A DNA stretch of 64,000 nucleotides, taken from Ostrea edulis. Its lineage: Eukaryota. The translations under genes were made by a program, and so were the position numbers. How positions within the stretch are numbered: position 1 is the stretch's first letter; each line of letters starts with the position of its first letter. The notes under the pieces were generated by a model, which was not told the origin of the DNA, ran no database searches, and worked only from the letters and a program-made list of their open reading frames with translations. The stretch lies in the NCBI RefSeq assembly GCF_947568905.1, contig NC_079172.1, positions 42,408,001-42,472,000 of the forward strand, in the 5' to 3' direction. Of this stretch, positions 1 through 13,000 are shown one piece after another.

Positions 1-279
1 TATTTTATTATAATTTTACATTATTAGAAATAGTAGAAAATTGTAAAAATTAATACAATAGGAGACATATTTCAAGCCCTATAAAATCTGTAAAATTCAG
101 GAGCTTCCGGGGCGGGGGCTTCGTCCCCCGGGCCCCTAACAGGGCTTCACCCTAGACCCTCTGAATCCGCCCCAACAGATGTAAATATCGATACATGAAA
201 TGAAACACACAATGAATACCACATTACAGTGTTGTGTATTCCTTCTATATAATAAAAAGGTTATATTCTCTTTTATCAG

Positions 280-964
280 GTTGTATGGGCCACCACGGAG
301 TATCTGGGATGTGGAGAGAGATACTGTCCGTCCTTAGGGGGCTATCTCGTTGTGTGTAACTACGCACCTGCGTAAGTACATTTCCTACAGTGACAGATCT
401 AGAGGGGTTACGGGCATTTCAAAGCCACTTTTGGTTGAATTTTTTTGTCCAACTAATTTTTTGTCATTTTTGGGTCTTCAAACCACCTTTCTTGTCGGGA
501 AAAGGTACAAACTTAGGTCGCTTACACCCCCACCCCCCACCCCTTCCAAAATAAATTCTGGATCCATCACTGCCACCGGTGCACGTTAATTACTACACAT
601 TTTTGAAATTGAAATTTACTAATGTTTATTTCGCACTAGCGAAATCTTTGGATGAGTTTATCAACTTGTATGTAATGTATGCATGACTGTTAGTCTTTTA
701 TTATTCTTCAGGTATTCTTATATGCATGTACATACGTACGTAGAGCAAATATATATACATATATATATATATATATTTAAAAAATATGAAAAGAAAACAC
801 AGAAATCCTCCGTAAAGCTTTAGCGCTTTCATTACATCTTCAGAAGAAGGTAAAGCTTTTGAAGATGTAATGAAAGCGCTAAAGCTTTACGGAGGATTTC
901 TGTGTTTTCTTTTCATATTTTTTTAATATTAGTATCCGATTACTGAGACTCTATTTCAATTTTG

Positions 965-1020
<56 letters not shown>

Positions 1021-2485
1021 CACAGTGAAACTTCTTTAAACCGGCCGGCTCTCGGACCGGAAAAAACGGCCGGTTTAGAGGGATGGCCGGTATACCGAGA
1101 ATTTAGCAATTATAGACATTTTATCTCAATATTCACAAAGTAGGTACTGTTCACTTTGATCTGGTGATCTATGATCAATTATCGGTGGAGATCAAATTAG
1201 TCCGCTTGTACCTAAAGATAATTATGAATTACAAGAAATATTCTCGCTGAAATCATCTAATTTTAAACTGAAAATCTATAACAGGATACATAAAGAAAAC
1301 ACAGAGGCCTATTATTGGAATTCCTCTTACCTATAAAAACTCTGTTTACATTCATCGCTTATGTCATTAACAATTTTGTTTAGACGTTTTTAAAAAGTAC
1401 AGTAGTAAATGAAATTGTAATTTGAATATTTCTTTGGAATTTTAAGTCTAAGGAAACCAAGAAAATTAATCTATCTTTTAATAATTATCATTAACAGTCA
1501 TGGGTTTGTTCTTTATTAACTACCACTTATATCCATACGAAAGTATGGCGAAGCAATATGGCGTTTGATAAGGTATTCATTCAATAATTTCCTAACTGTT
1601 TTTTACATTTTGTACAGAATTTGGAAGGGTCTCTTGGATTAGCTAGGTGTCAATTAACACGCTTGACAGCACAGGTAAACAATAGAAATTGAAGAGGCCA
1701 CTAGTGTTTTTCACACCTCCGATGGATAATTTCATACCTGGCCAGTGGGTCAGTCAATTTGCACACCTGGACGATCTTAATTAACATTTGGCCAAGATTT
1801 TCTTGTCTTCAAAAAGTGGCCAGTATGTTAAGGGTAAATTACACATGTTTGTTAACAAATGTACTTTAAAAAGTGGCCGATGTCCGGTTTTCAGGAGTGG
1901 CCGGTTTTGTAAGACTTTCTTTGTAAGGAAATGTTAAGATTTCTGCCGGGACTTTGAAAATCGGCCGATATTCAGGGAGAACCGGTATTCTGAGGGGNNN
2001 NNNNNNNNNNNNNNNNNNNNNNNNNNNNNNNNNNNNNNNNNNNNNNNNNNNNNNNNNNNNNNNNNNNNNNNNNNNNNNNNNNNNNNNNNNNNNNNNNNNN
2101 NNNNNNNNNNNNNNNNNNNNNNNNNNNNNNNNNNNNNNNNNNNNNNCAGGTGAAGTTGAAATACAATTTGCATTAATTTACTTCTTCCTAATGTTTTTAA
2201 AGTATTTGATTATATTTCAATTTCATAATATTCAATATGTCATATTACTGTCTGACTATGTAGCTTTAAACAGTATTGTAATGTAATTCAGAAGCAGTAC
2301 CTAGCAATGCAAATCTAGTTTGTATAAGATAAAACAAAGCGATACTAGTAATTAACAAATTTTAAATCTATTTAATTGTCTTTTGTAGGGGCAACTTTCC
2401 AACACAGCCCTACAAAAACTGTCAACCGTGTAGCAGATGTCCAGATGGATATAAATGTTCGGACAGATTGTGTCAACCTCCTTAA
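280..2485 (+). CDS. CAP/SCP (CRISP/GLIPR/PI16-like) protein, last two coding exons; 5' part lies upstream of the window
   Basis: Exons 280-371 and 2389-2485 have AG/GT boundaries and matching phase 2. They translate VVWATTEYLGCGERYCPSLGGYLVVCNYAPAGNFPTQPYKNCQPCSRCPDGYKCSDRLCQPP*, containing the CAP motifs VVW..T..LGCG and CNY.P.GN plus a Cys-rich hinge. Confidence 0.9.
388..572. mobile_element. Short non-autonomous TIR element (CAGTGGCGGATCCAG-type family)
   Basis: Degenerate inverted termini cagtgacagatctag ... ctggatccatcactg. Relatives at 14203-14433, 23684-23842 and ending near 61802. Confidence 0.55.
781..922. repeat. Perfect ~62-bp-arm palindrome between (TA)n tracts; probable Penelope-like element terminus with a minimal hammerhead motif
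   Basis: aaaaatatgaaaag...acatcttca is the reverse complement of tgaagatgt...cttttcatattttt, with a ~17-nt loop. Positions 850-890 read GTAAAGCTT-TTGAAGA-TGTAAT-GAAA-GCGC-TA-AAGCTTTAC. Confidence 0.75.
1023..1997. mobile_element. Non-autonomous DNA transposon with CAGTGAAAC terminus (pogo/Tigger-like MITE); right end lost in assembly gap
   Basis: Starts cagtgaaacttctttaaaccggccgg beside a (TA)n tract. Subterminal ccgg-rich motifs recur in inverted form at ~1870-1997 just before the N run. No ORF. Confidence 0.55.
1998..2146. other. Assembly gap (N run)
   Basis: Run of n characters. Confidence 1.
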
Positions 2486-2590
2486 ATGATTCCAGCAATT
2501 TGTCAACCTCCTTAAATGATTCCAACAATGTGTCAACCTCCTTAAATGATTCCACCAATGTGCCAACCTCCTTAAATGATTCCAGCAAAT
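2470..2590 (+). repeat. 30-bp tandem repeat (~4 copies) overlapping the CAP gene stop codon
   Basis: Unit tgtcaacctccttaaatgattccagcaatt. The first copy contains the last codons and TAA. Confidence 0.9.
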
Positions 2591-3255
2591 AGAACATTTG
2601 ATTGGGTGCGTGTACAAAGGCGTGTAAATATTAACAATGACATTAATTTAATTTTGTGTGATGGTGCATGTTGGAAAGTTTGTTTTGTTGAAAGGTTTTC
2701 AAATCCCCTCTTGTCTTACCGATGTTTATCTGCAAAACCTGTTTACTACATGCAAGTCAAAGCATAATTGTACCATGCGACAATTATAATTATGTACGTG
2801 TGTGTGTATCTACAATAGTATATCATGTTGTTACAATAAATTATTTAATATCACCTTGTATCATAATTTTCATCGCCATAGTCTGCTAAACTTGGTATTA
2901 CATAAAGAATATCAAAATATTCATTGCAATCATTCTCATGCATAAATGTGCAATTCATATGTGCATTCAAATATGTTTGTGAATATATCATTGACATTTT
3001 CCCCCTAAATGTCGAGGAGGATATATACAATGATTGTTTTTAAAAGTCCCAAGAATCTGAATTGTTTGCGATTATAATTATTGGACAGAAAGGTATAGAA
3101 TATAATGGAACTTTTATCGGCATTTTTAACTACATGCAAAGGAAATGAAATGTTCCTTTTCTTGAATTCAATGACAATATATGCTGGAGTAAAATATAAA
3201 TAAGTAGACGGACTTTTTTTTCAACAATGTACGCTTGTTATGTTGTACATTTATA

Positions 3256-4675
3256 CAGGGTGATCCAAAACATATGTTACAGTTTAAGCTGTTATAAAAT
3301 TTTAATACCTTAAGTTACAATTATGAAATTTACAACATATAACAAAAAGGATTTAAATTTGTTGTCAATGCATACATTTGTCACAGCTTCCTTATTGATC
3401 ACCAAAAACTTTCTTCGGAATAACATATGTCATTTTACAACATATGTTCCAAATGACGTCCCTTTGTCTTTAACATTATTTGAACACGATTTCTGAAGTT
3501 TTTTACCACAGCTTTACATGTATCAACAGAGATTGATCTTATTTCTCGTGTAATTGCTGTTTTTAAGTCTTCTGTTGTTTGTGGGGAAGGAGAGTACACT
3601 CTGTCTTTTAGATGACCCCACAAGAAGAAATCAAGGGGGTTCAGATCGGGGGAGTGCGGTGGCCAAACATTTGCGGTACGATAAGAAATGTATTGATCAC
3701 CAAACGTGTTGTCAAGCCACTGAAGAACACAACATGCAGTGTGTGGCGTAGCACCGTCCTGTTGAAACCACACATTATCGAAATTTACAACTTTTCGTCT
3801 AAGAGCTGGTAGAAATTTTGATTTCATTAACTCTAAGTATCGTTCAGAATTTACCGTCACTGCATCGCCTTCGGTGTCTTCGAAGAAAAAAGGGCCAATT
3901 ATTCCGCTTGAATTTAATGCAGCCCATACAGTAACTTTCTCACAGTTAAGAGGTTTTTCCACATAAAAATTGGGTTTCGCCGAACCCCAGAATCTAAAAT
4001 TCTGTTTATTGACAACATTATTAAGATGGAAGTGGGCCTCATCGGAAAACCATATGGCATCTGTAAAATTTTCAGAGTCGGGTCTACTTAAAATCCAATG
4101 GGCAAGCTCTAAACGACTTCTAATGTCTGTCTCTTTTAAATGCTGCATCACACTTATCTTGTATGGAATCAATTTTAAATCAAATTTGAGCATTCTATGA
4201 ATACTAGATTTCCTAACGGTGCCATTCAGTTCATGCAATACCCGTCTAACTGATTTTTGTGGAGTTTCAGTAATAACTCTATCAATGGCATCAATGTTCT
4301 CTTTGGTACGGGCACTCCTTGGTCTCCCAATACCAGAATTGCGTCTTGTGTCATTTGTGGTGCATTAACATTCTGTTGAGCATTTTCATTCCAGGATGTT
4401 GTTTTCTCATGGTTCTAATGGCTAAAGTAGCAGATTTACACTCATAGTAAAGTTTGACAATTTCTGCCAGCTGTTCACATGAAGGTTCCATCTTGAAAAT
4501 GTGATGACGTCATTATGACGTCATAATTAACTGACTATTTAACAGAATTTCCCGAAATTTTGTCAAATAAAATTTATATTAATACACTAGATGTTGACAA
4601 AATATCTTTGTAATTGCTTTTGGTTTGGTAAAGTTATAGATGATTAAAAGTGTAACGCATGTTTTTGACACCCTG
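3256..4675 (-). mobile_element. Tc1/mariner DNA transposon, DD41D (rosa/Visitor-type), 1420 bp
   Basis: TA at 3254-3255 and 4676-4677. Imperfect ~30-bp TIRs: cagggtgatccaaaacatatgttacagtttaa versus reverse complement cagggtgtcaaaaacatgcgttacacttttaa. Contains a transposase ORF. Confidence 0.92.
3435..4491 (-). pseudogene. Frameshifted DD41D transposase
   Basis: Catalytic motifs WFSDEAHF, WFQQDGATPH and WPPHSPDLNPLDFFLWG, with 41 residues between the second and third Asp. The N-terminus MEPSCEQLAEIVKLYYE from ATG 4491 is out of frame with GRPRSARTKENI (span 1057 nt), so there is a frameshift near 4340-4380. Confidence 0.88.
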
Positions 4676-4959
4676 TATGAGAGCGAGTCGTGGCTTTTGT
4701 CATACATTCTTACTTTATGCAGGTTTTATAATTAATTAGTGAGTGTATGTAGATTAAGGTTATACAGCCATCTGTAATACAAATCTAAGTGACAATAATG
4801 TCAGTTACCTGTCTGCTGCAGACATCAATGTACTATGTATATAGATACTGGGGAAAAAAAAGAACATAGATGTGCTTGAAACTGCATAAACTTGTGTAAA
4901 ACAACTTACTTCGTGCTTAATATGCGTCAAGGGTGTAATCTATCGATAATACGTTACAG

Positions 4960-6605
4960 CTGATGTAACCTGTAGATAATATGTGTAACCTGTCGATAAT
5001 ACATGTATCAGATGCAACCTGTTGATAATACGTGTAACTGATGTAACCTGTAGACAATACGTGTAACTGATGTAACCTGTAGATAATACGTGTAACTGAT
5101 GTAACCTGTAGATAATACGTGTAACTGATGTAACCTGTAGATAATACGTGTAACAGATGTAACCTGTAGATAATACGTGTAACAGATGCAACCTGTTGAT
5201 AATACGTGTAACAGATGTAACCTGTCGATAATACGTGTAACAGATGTAACCTTTCAATAATACGTGTAACTGATGTAACCTGTTGATAATACGTGTAACT
5301 GATGTAACCTATCGGTAATGTGTAATTGATGTAAGTTGTTTTAAACATATGACATATTATATGTAACTGAGGTAACTATCGATAATACGTGTAACTGATG
5401 TAACCTGTAGATAATACGTGTAACTGATGTAATCTGTCAATAATACGTGTAACTGATGTAACCTATCGATAATACGTGTAACAGATGCAACCTGTTAATA
5501 GTACATGTACCTGATGTAACCTTGGTAATACGTGTAACTGATGTAACTTGCTAATAATACATGTAACTGATGTAACCTATTAATAATACGTGTAACTGAT
5601 GTAACCTATTGATAATACGTGTAACTGATGTAACCTGTTGATAATACGTGTAACAGATGTAACCTGTAGATAATACGTATAACTGATGTAACCTATTGAT
5701 AATACGTGTAACAGATGTAACCTGTAGATAATACGTGTAACAGATGTAACCTGTAGATAATACGTGTAACTGATGTAACCTGTAGATAATACGTGTAACT
5801 GATGTAACCTGTTGATAATACGTGTAACTGATGTAACCTGTAGATAATACGTGTAACTGATGTAACCTATTGATAATACGTGTAACTGATGTAACCTGTT
5901 GATAATACGTGTAACTGATGTAACCTTGGTAATACGTGTAACTGATGTAACTTGCTAATAATACATGTAACAGATGTAACCTATTGATAATACGTGTAAC
6001 TGATGTAACCTGTAGATAATACATGTAACAGATGTAACCTATTGATAATATGTGTAACAGATGTAACCTGTAGATAATACATGTAACAGATGTAACCTTT
6101 CAATAATACGTGTAACTGATGTAACCTATTGGTAATGTGTAATTGATGTAAGTTGTTTTAAACATATGACATATTATATGTAACTGAGGTAACTATCGAT
6201 AATACGTGTAACTGATATTACATGTCTATAATACATGTAACTGATGTAACCTGTTAAGAGTACATGTACCTGATGTAACCTTGGTAATACGTGTAACTGA
6301 TGTAACTTGCTAATAATACATGTAACTGATGTAACCTATTAATAATACGTGTAACTGATGTAACCTATTGATAATACGTGTAACTGATGTAACCTATTGA
6401 TAATACGTGTAACTGATGTAACCTGTTGATAATACGTGTAACTGATGTAACCTGTTGATAATACGTGTAACTGATGTAACCTATTGATAATACGTGTAAC
6501 TGATGTAACCTGTAGATAATACATGTAACAGATGTAACCTGTAGATAATACGTGTAACTGATGTAACCTGTAGATAATACGTGTAACTGATGTAACCTGT
6601 AGATA
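4960..6605. repeat. 29-bp minisatellite (~55 copies) with a higher-order duplicated block
   Basis: Unit ataatacgtgtaactgatgtaacctgtag. The interrupting block gtaagttgttttaaacatatgacatattat occurs at ~5330 and ~6148. Confidence 0.95.
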
Positions 6606-6799
6606 ATAAGTGATGTGAACTGTCGATATCAATCTGTCACTGATATGTAATCAAGTAATGTGTTTCACTGGTGTAACTCGTAAACACATGCTACTTCTGC
6701 CAATAACATGTCATAGATATAAAGTGTAAAATCAGGACGTGCTTATATCATCAGTGTGACTTGATGAAATTTTGAGTCAGTTGTGCGACCTGTGAACAC

Positions 6800-7530
6800 C
6801 CTGTGTTTCACTGGCGTGACCACGGAATATCATTCTATGTATAACATGTTAATAGTATGTGTTTCACTAAGATGACCACGGAATATCATTCTATGTATAA
6901 CATGTTGATAGTATGTGTTTCACTGGCGTGACCACGGAATATCATTCTATTTAACATGTTGATAGTATGTGTTTCACTAAGATGACCACGGAATATCATT
7001 CTATGTATAACATGTTGATAGTATGTGTTTCACTGGCGTGACCACGGAATATCATTCTATTTAACATGTTGATAGTATGTGTTTCACTGGCGTGACCACG
7101 GAATATCATTCTATTTAACATGTTGATAGTATGTGTTTCACTAAGATGACCACGGAATATCATTCTATTTAACATGTTGATAGTATGTGTTTCACTGGCG
7201 TGACCACGGAATATCATTCTATTTAACATGTTGATAGTATGTGTTTCACTGGCGTGACCATCCAATATCATTCTATATGTGTAACATGTTTTAAAATAGT
7301 ATGTGTCTCACTGGCGTGACCACCGAATATCATTCTATATAACATGTTAACAGTATGTGTTTCACTGGCGTGACCATCCAATATCATTCTATATGTATAA
7401 CATGTTAATAGTATGTGTCTCACTGGCGTGACCACCGAATATCATTCTATATAACATGTTAACAGTATGTGTTTCACTGGCGTGACCACCCAATATCATT
7501 CTATATGTACATTGTATAACATGTTAATTG
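6800..7530. repeat. ~54-bp minisatellite (~13 copies)
   Basis: Unit gtgtttcactggcgtgaccacggaatatcattctatttaacatgttgatagtat. Confidence 0.95.
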
Positions 7531-8075
7531 TGTGTATCGATGTTGTTAACTAAGCATAGAATTACATACCACTATCAAATTGGCAATTACTGGAGTAACC
7601 TATTAGTATGTATGTACTCTTATGTATGCCATAAGACATATGTCTTCAGCAATATCGTTAATAATATATAAAAACGCACTAATAATGGAATAAATATATT
7701 TTACTATCATCAATATTTGAAATACAGATGTAACTTCAGAATAAGAAAATATCACAGAGTTGGAACAAGCAACATTAAAAAAAAACCAATAGTTACAATA
7801 ACTCTTCACCACACTCATCATAATCTCACTTACTCTGCAAAAATAACTCAGTCGATCAACACGTTCAAACAGTGACAATGAGAAGTACTCGAGAATATAT
7901 ACTGTACCATTACAGAAATAACACACTTACATGTATATTGCAATGAATTTCTTAATCAAATCAATGTACATATGTCAACAATTCACTCAGTGAGCAATGA
8001 TTATAACTAACAATGAAAAACATATGTACATATGTCAACAATTCGCTCAATGAGCAATGATTATAACTAACAATG

Positions 8076-8817
8076 AACAAGAGTACCGCAAACGATACAT
8101 AATACGCCCGTGAAATGCTTACATAGGGTGTTTTTCTTGTGCTATAATTTGTATAACTTTACTTCAGGTATTATCAGCCATCATGAGGCTGTGACAAACT
8201 TTCAATGGAACAAAGGGTCTTAACTTAAAAATCTAGATTTCCTCAAAATGGACCAAGTTCAACAACCTGTAATTTTTTCAAAAATGGAAGAAAATCAAAA
8301 TCCTTCCTCAGATACACATCTTCAATACCCATACAAACACTCCACAAAATAAGATGGTCCTCACTTGAAAACTGTGGGAGGAGTTGGGCGGACAAATTAT
8401 GTACCCTCCATAGAATATTAATTCCCAAATAGACTAAGTTCAACAACCTGTAATTTTCTCAAAAATTGTAGAAAATCAAAATCCATCCCACATGCACATC
8501 TTCAATACCCATAAAAACACTCCACAAAATAAGAAGGCTCTCACTTGAAAACTGTGGGAGGAGTAGGGTGGACAAATTATGTAACATCCATATAATAATT
8601 ATTTCCAAATAAAGGGGCAAAACTCCTGGAAAAAAGGTCGAAATGGATCAAAATTGCAGTATGGTCTAGAGTGACCCACAAAGAAGCTACACAGCAAGTT
8701 TCAGCATGATATGTGAAAGGGAAATGAAATTATAAAAAGAAAACTCTGAACAGACGGACGGACGTACAGACATCGCTGTACCATAATACGTCCCGTCTAA
8801 AGACGAGCGTATAAAAA
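8076..8817 (+). mobile_element. Helentron/HINE-like non-autonomous element
   Basis: Starts aacaagag with subterminal tacgcccg. Has an internal ~185-bp tandem duplication, a gacg/gaca microsatellite, and a 3' hairpin tacgtcccgtc-taaa-gacgagcgta followed by an A-run. Confidence 0.65.
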
Positions 8818-9173
8818 CATGCTTAAAATACTGCTCAGCTTTAAATCTTACAACAAACCACATCTAATATACAATAATGGACCAAAAGCGAAAAAGCACC
8901 ATTTAAACAGTGCAACATGTAAATGTTAAGGAAAATGTAAGGACTGAAGTTCGAGGCTTTTATCATGAAAGGAGCAAAGACTGAAATTGTATGATCACTC
9001 GACCATTGAAACTTACAGCATTACAAAAATTTCAATCCCGTGATGGTGTACTTAGATACTTATGATGATATTTAATTCATTGACATAATCAAAGTACACC
9101 AATATTATTGTTACAAAGAATGAATCCTTGTACTATTAAAGCTATATGTACACTGAATATAGAGGGGGATATA

Positions 9174-9332
9174 CAGTGAAACCTGTCTAATACGAAATCT
9201 CTGGAAGGCCTGCTTTTTGTCGGAATACACAATGTGCCGGAATAAACAATGTAAAACAATGAAATTAAAAATAAGAGTCGGAATGTCCAGTGAAACAGAT
9301 TACACAGGTGTCGGATTAGACAGTTTTCACTG
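9174..9332. mobile_element. MITE with TA target duplication (CAGTGAAAC family)
   Basis: TA|cagtgaaacctgtctaa ... ttagacagttttcactg|TA. Confidence 0.8.
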
Positions 9333-10089
9333 TATTATTGTGTCAATGATTCCATCCAGGGATTTAGAGTTTATCAATCTGGTGATATCATCTTACTAAA
9401 TCTACAGAACTGCGTCATTATAGATTAAGATCTCCATTACATATGTCCACATATTGCTGGGACTATATGTTGTTTTAAATGCACACGGGAATGCCAATTT
9501 TATATCCCGCATGGTTACACATACGTCAAGAAGAAATACATGTAGCAATAACCGGACTAGATTTCTTTTTAAAGTTCATAATTAGCTGTGCGAATCAAAA
9601 TCTGTCAAAGCTACATTAGACATGGTATCTTACATGATGCAGACAACATTCATTGATAGGACATACATGTATAGTATATAAAAAGAAACAGACACGGAAA
9701 AAATTCATAGGATCATGTGCAAGATAAGATCATTCTGTTTTCTGCCACAGAAGGGGGGTGGGGGTTGCATCCCGAAGATGACAAGAACAACCATTTTGGT
9801 AAAACAAAATCAAACCGAAGGGGGTGTACCGTAAACCAAAGGGGTGTAACTATGCCCCCTTGATTCACCACAGCTATAATGAAAAAATGAATATCAGATG
9901 TATGATAATGTTTTTTCCAATGATTTTCAATGTGTAGTGAGTTTAAGACAAGCTAGTTAAGGCTACATCATTATGTCTGTGCTGTAGGACTATCTTAAGG
10001 CTGGTCGGTTATCATGACTGACTGGTAACTAAACGCCACTGAGGTCATCTGTCACAACGTCTGATGTCTAATGAGGTAGATCCGCTCCT

Positions 10090-13000
10090 TTATTTCTTTT
10101 TCTGTAATTGAAAACTCGCATTATATAGATGCATGTATGCAACAACTAATCAATTCAATGTAAAGCAACATGTACGTTCTGAGTAATTCCTTCCATCATT
10201 CCGAGTAATTCCTTCCATCGATCAGGATTGTGACACACCATCGACGTACAAACAGATTCGACAAAATTTTACTTCCTTCTTTAAGAACCATTTTATATAC
10301 TAAATTAAAATCCTTTTGGATAATTTTTGTTAGTAGTAACTACGAAAAACCAACATGCAATCGTACATCTTTCCTTGTCGTATAACTGCATACACAAATA
10401 CTTTTTATTAATCTATAAACTCTTTGGACCATGAAACTCGAGATCCCCCAAATACAGTTTTAAAGTAATATGAATGCAATTGTATTTTCCAACCTACAAA
10501 ATTTCAATCCAAAAGACAGAGCAAGGGTAAGATAATAAAACAGGATTACACCTTGATCTAAGGGTTTTAATGAGCAGGAATAAACTATAAATTTACATAA
10601 TGTGAAGTATCATAAAAAACACGCAAGAATTTTGTATATGATAAAAAGAGTCCCAATACTCCCGTCCGCATTTTTTCCATATTTTAAATGCGGAAAAAAT
10701 CTGGAGATCTGAGGTGCGGGAGTAAAACTCAAATGTAAACACTCTGAGTTAAAACATTATTTATTCTGTGCATGACATGGACACTTCTTGTGTACACATT
10801 TGTTCTGTGTATGACATGGACACTTCTTGTGTACACATTTGTTCTGTGTATGACATGGACACTTCTTGTGTACACATCATTTGTTCTGTGTATGACATGG
10901 ACACTTCTTGAAATCGGAACTCCTCGAATGTCTCGTGCACTCGACATAGATCTCGGATGTAATACGATGGCATCCATGAGTGAATTTGATGCATTGCTAG
11001 TTATGACGTACATAACGTAGTGCAGTAGGCTGTGACGTCATATTTGACAATGCATCAAATTCACTCATGGATGCCATCGTATTACATCCGAGATCTATGT
11101 TGAGTGCGCGAGACATTCGAGGAGTTCCGATTGCACATCTTGTGTACACATTATTTATTCTGTGTACGACACATGTACACTTCTTAATTGTGTACACAAG
11201 TTTTTCATTTTGTGTATGACATGAATTCATACTCACTGTGTACACGAGTTATTTATTCTGTATAAATATACACTTAACTGTGCACAAAATTTATCTGTTA
11301 TGTGTACGACAGTACAATTATTCTATACGCAAGTCATATACTCTACATGTATGTATGACTTATTCTGTTTTGTATTTTGTACATGACGTGTACACTTATT
11401 GTGTACATGTGTCATTAATTCACGAATTTACGTGTCCTTGAACATTTTTAAACCAAGTAGAGTTATCTCTCCTAGTGACATCGTATCACTTACCCACGAA
11501 ATTACATCCTCATGAACCAGCAAAATTTTGCTTGCCCATGAACATTGGTCTCCAGGAATTAAAATGATTCCACAGTAATGTTTTCCCTACCTTTTTCCCT
11601 CCTTTTTTCTTTTTCTTGAGACCAGACCCTAGTTTGAGGATGCCATCAAAAGTGTCCTTCTTTATCCTGCTGGTGACCCGCACTTTACAGCCACCTAGCT
11701 TTTCTAAACAGGGTAAATACAAAGATACAATAATCAACCAAATGTGACCTTCTTTATCTTGCTGGTGACTGCACGTTACAGCCTCCCAGCTTTTCTACAG
11801 ATTGTAAATACAAAGTTACAATAATCCACAACACCCTTAATTAAAAACAATACAACAAGTGAAACATTTGCGTAGAATTTGTAAAGCATTACCGGTTTCT
11901 TTTCTGTGTTCTAATGCTTCTAAAATGTCTTTCCCTGCCATATCACCTATCAAGTTTTTCTCAAGGTCCAACTCCTCAAAGCAATCGGAATACATGATGA
12001 GGCTTTAAATAAAGTCAATACAGCCATTTGAAGATGTTTCAGAAAGTAATACATATGTTGTACTTATATTCAATGTTGCATGCCCTGTCTAATAGGAATT
12101 CATTCTGGATAATAGCTTCACACTATTGCAAAATACATTTAAAATCTAACTTGCAATCTTGGTCAGAGAAATATTTACATCTTAAAAAGTTTCAAACTCA
12201 AACAATATGGTACATTTTCACCAATTTTCCCTTACTTTCTTAATATTCTCATCATCTGAAGGGGAGCTAACTCTTTCTTGAATGCCAAACCATCAATACC
12301 ATTATCTGCCACATGTAGCTTGTGGATCCATGGCCCTACAGCGGGAGGGGGAGGTGGCTCCTTTTTCTTCTTTTTCTTGCCTAAGTTTGGTCAGAATTAA
12401 TCATTTTAAGTAAAATCCCACCATTTTCTCTCTCAGGATTTTTTGTCTTTGAAGGCTTATTCTATTATTCTACAGGGATGTGTGAGCTCAACCTTGGACT
12501 ATGACATTACTGCTAAAAATATCCCACCATATGCATTCTGATTTTTCTCTAAATTTTTATCATAAAGGGTACCAAAAAGTCTGGACTTTATCATGTCTGA
12601 AGTTAAATGTCAAACTGTTTATCATTGTACAAATGTACCCTAACCCAAAAAGTTCGGACTTTATCGTCTCTGAAGCTAAATGTCACACTGTTTATTATTG
12701 TCTTAATCTAAGAAAACAGACCCTTAAAGCGAGAAGTTTGTCACATACCATCTGTCTGTGTGTCAGCCCACATCCTGCACGTCCAGATGACACCACTTGA
12801 AGATATATCTCACAATATAATTTGAATTAATACACCAAAATTTTTGTACCTTTCTTTTTCTTTTTCTTCTTTCCACCTCCATCTTCATCACCAGATAATC
12901 CCGAAGATCTGTAACCCTGTTCTCTCTCTACAGAAACAATAGAGATTGATTAATGTATACAGAAAATAGAAATATTGTCTTACATCATTTTCACTTCATT

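Noticed and set aside
4917-7271. Repetitive ORFs of 90-157 aa in the ORF track
   Set aside because: They are translations of the 29-bp and 54-bp minisatellites, with no splice or domain support.
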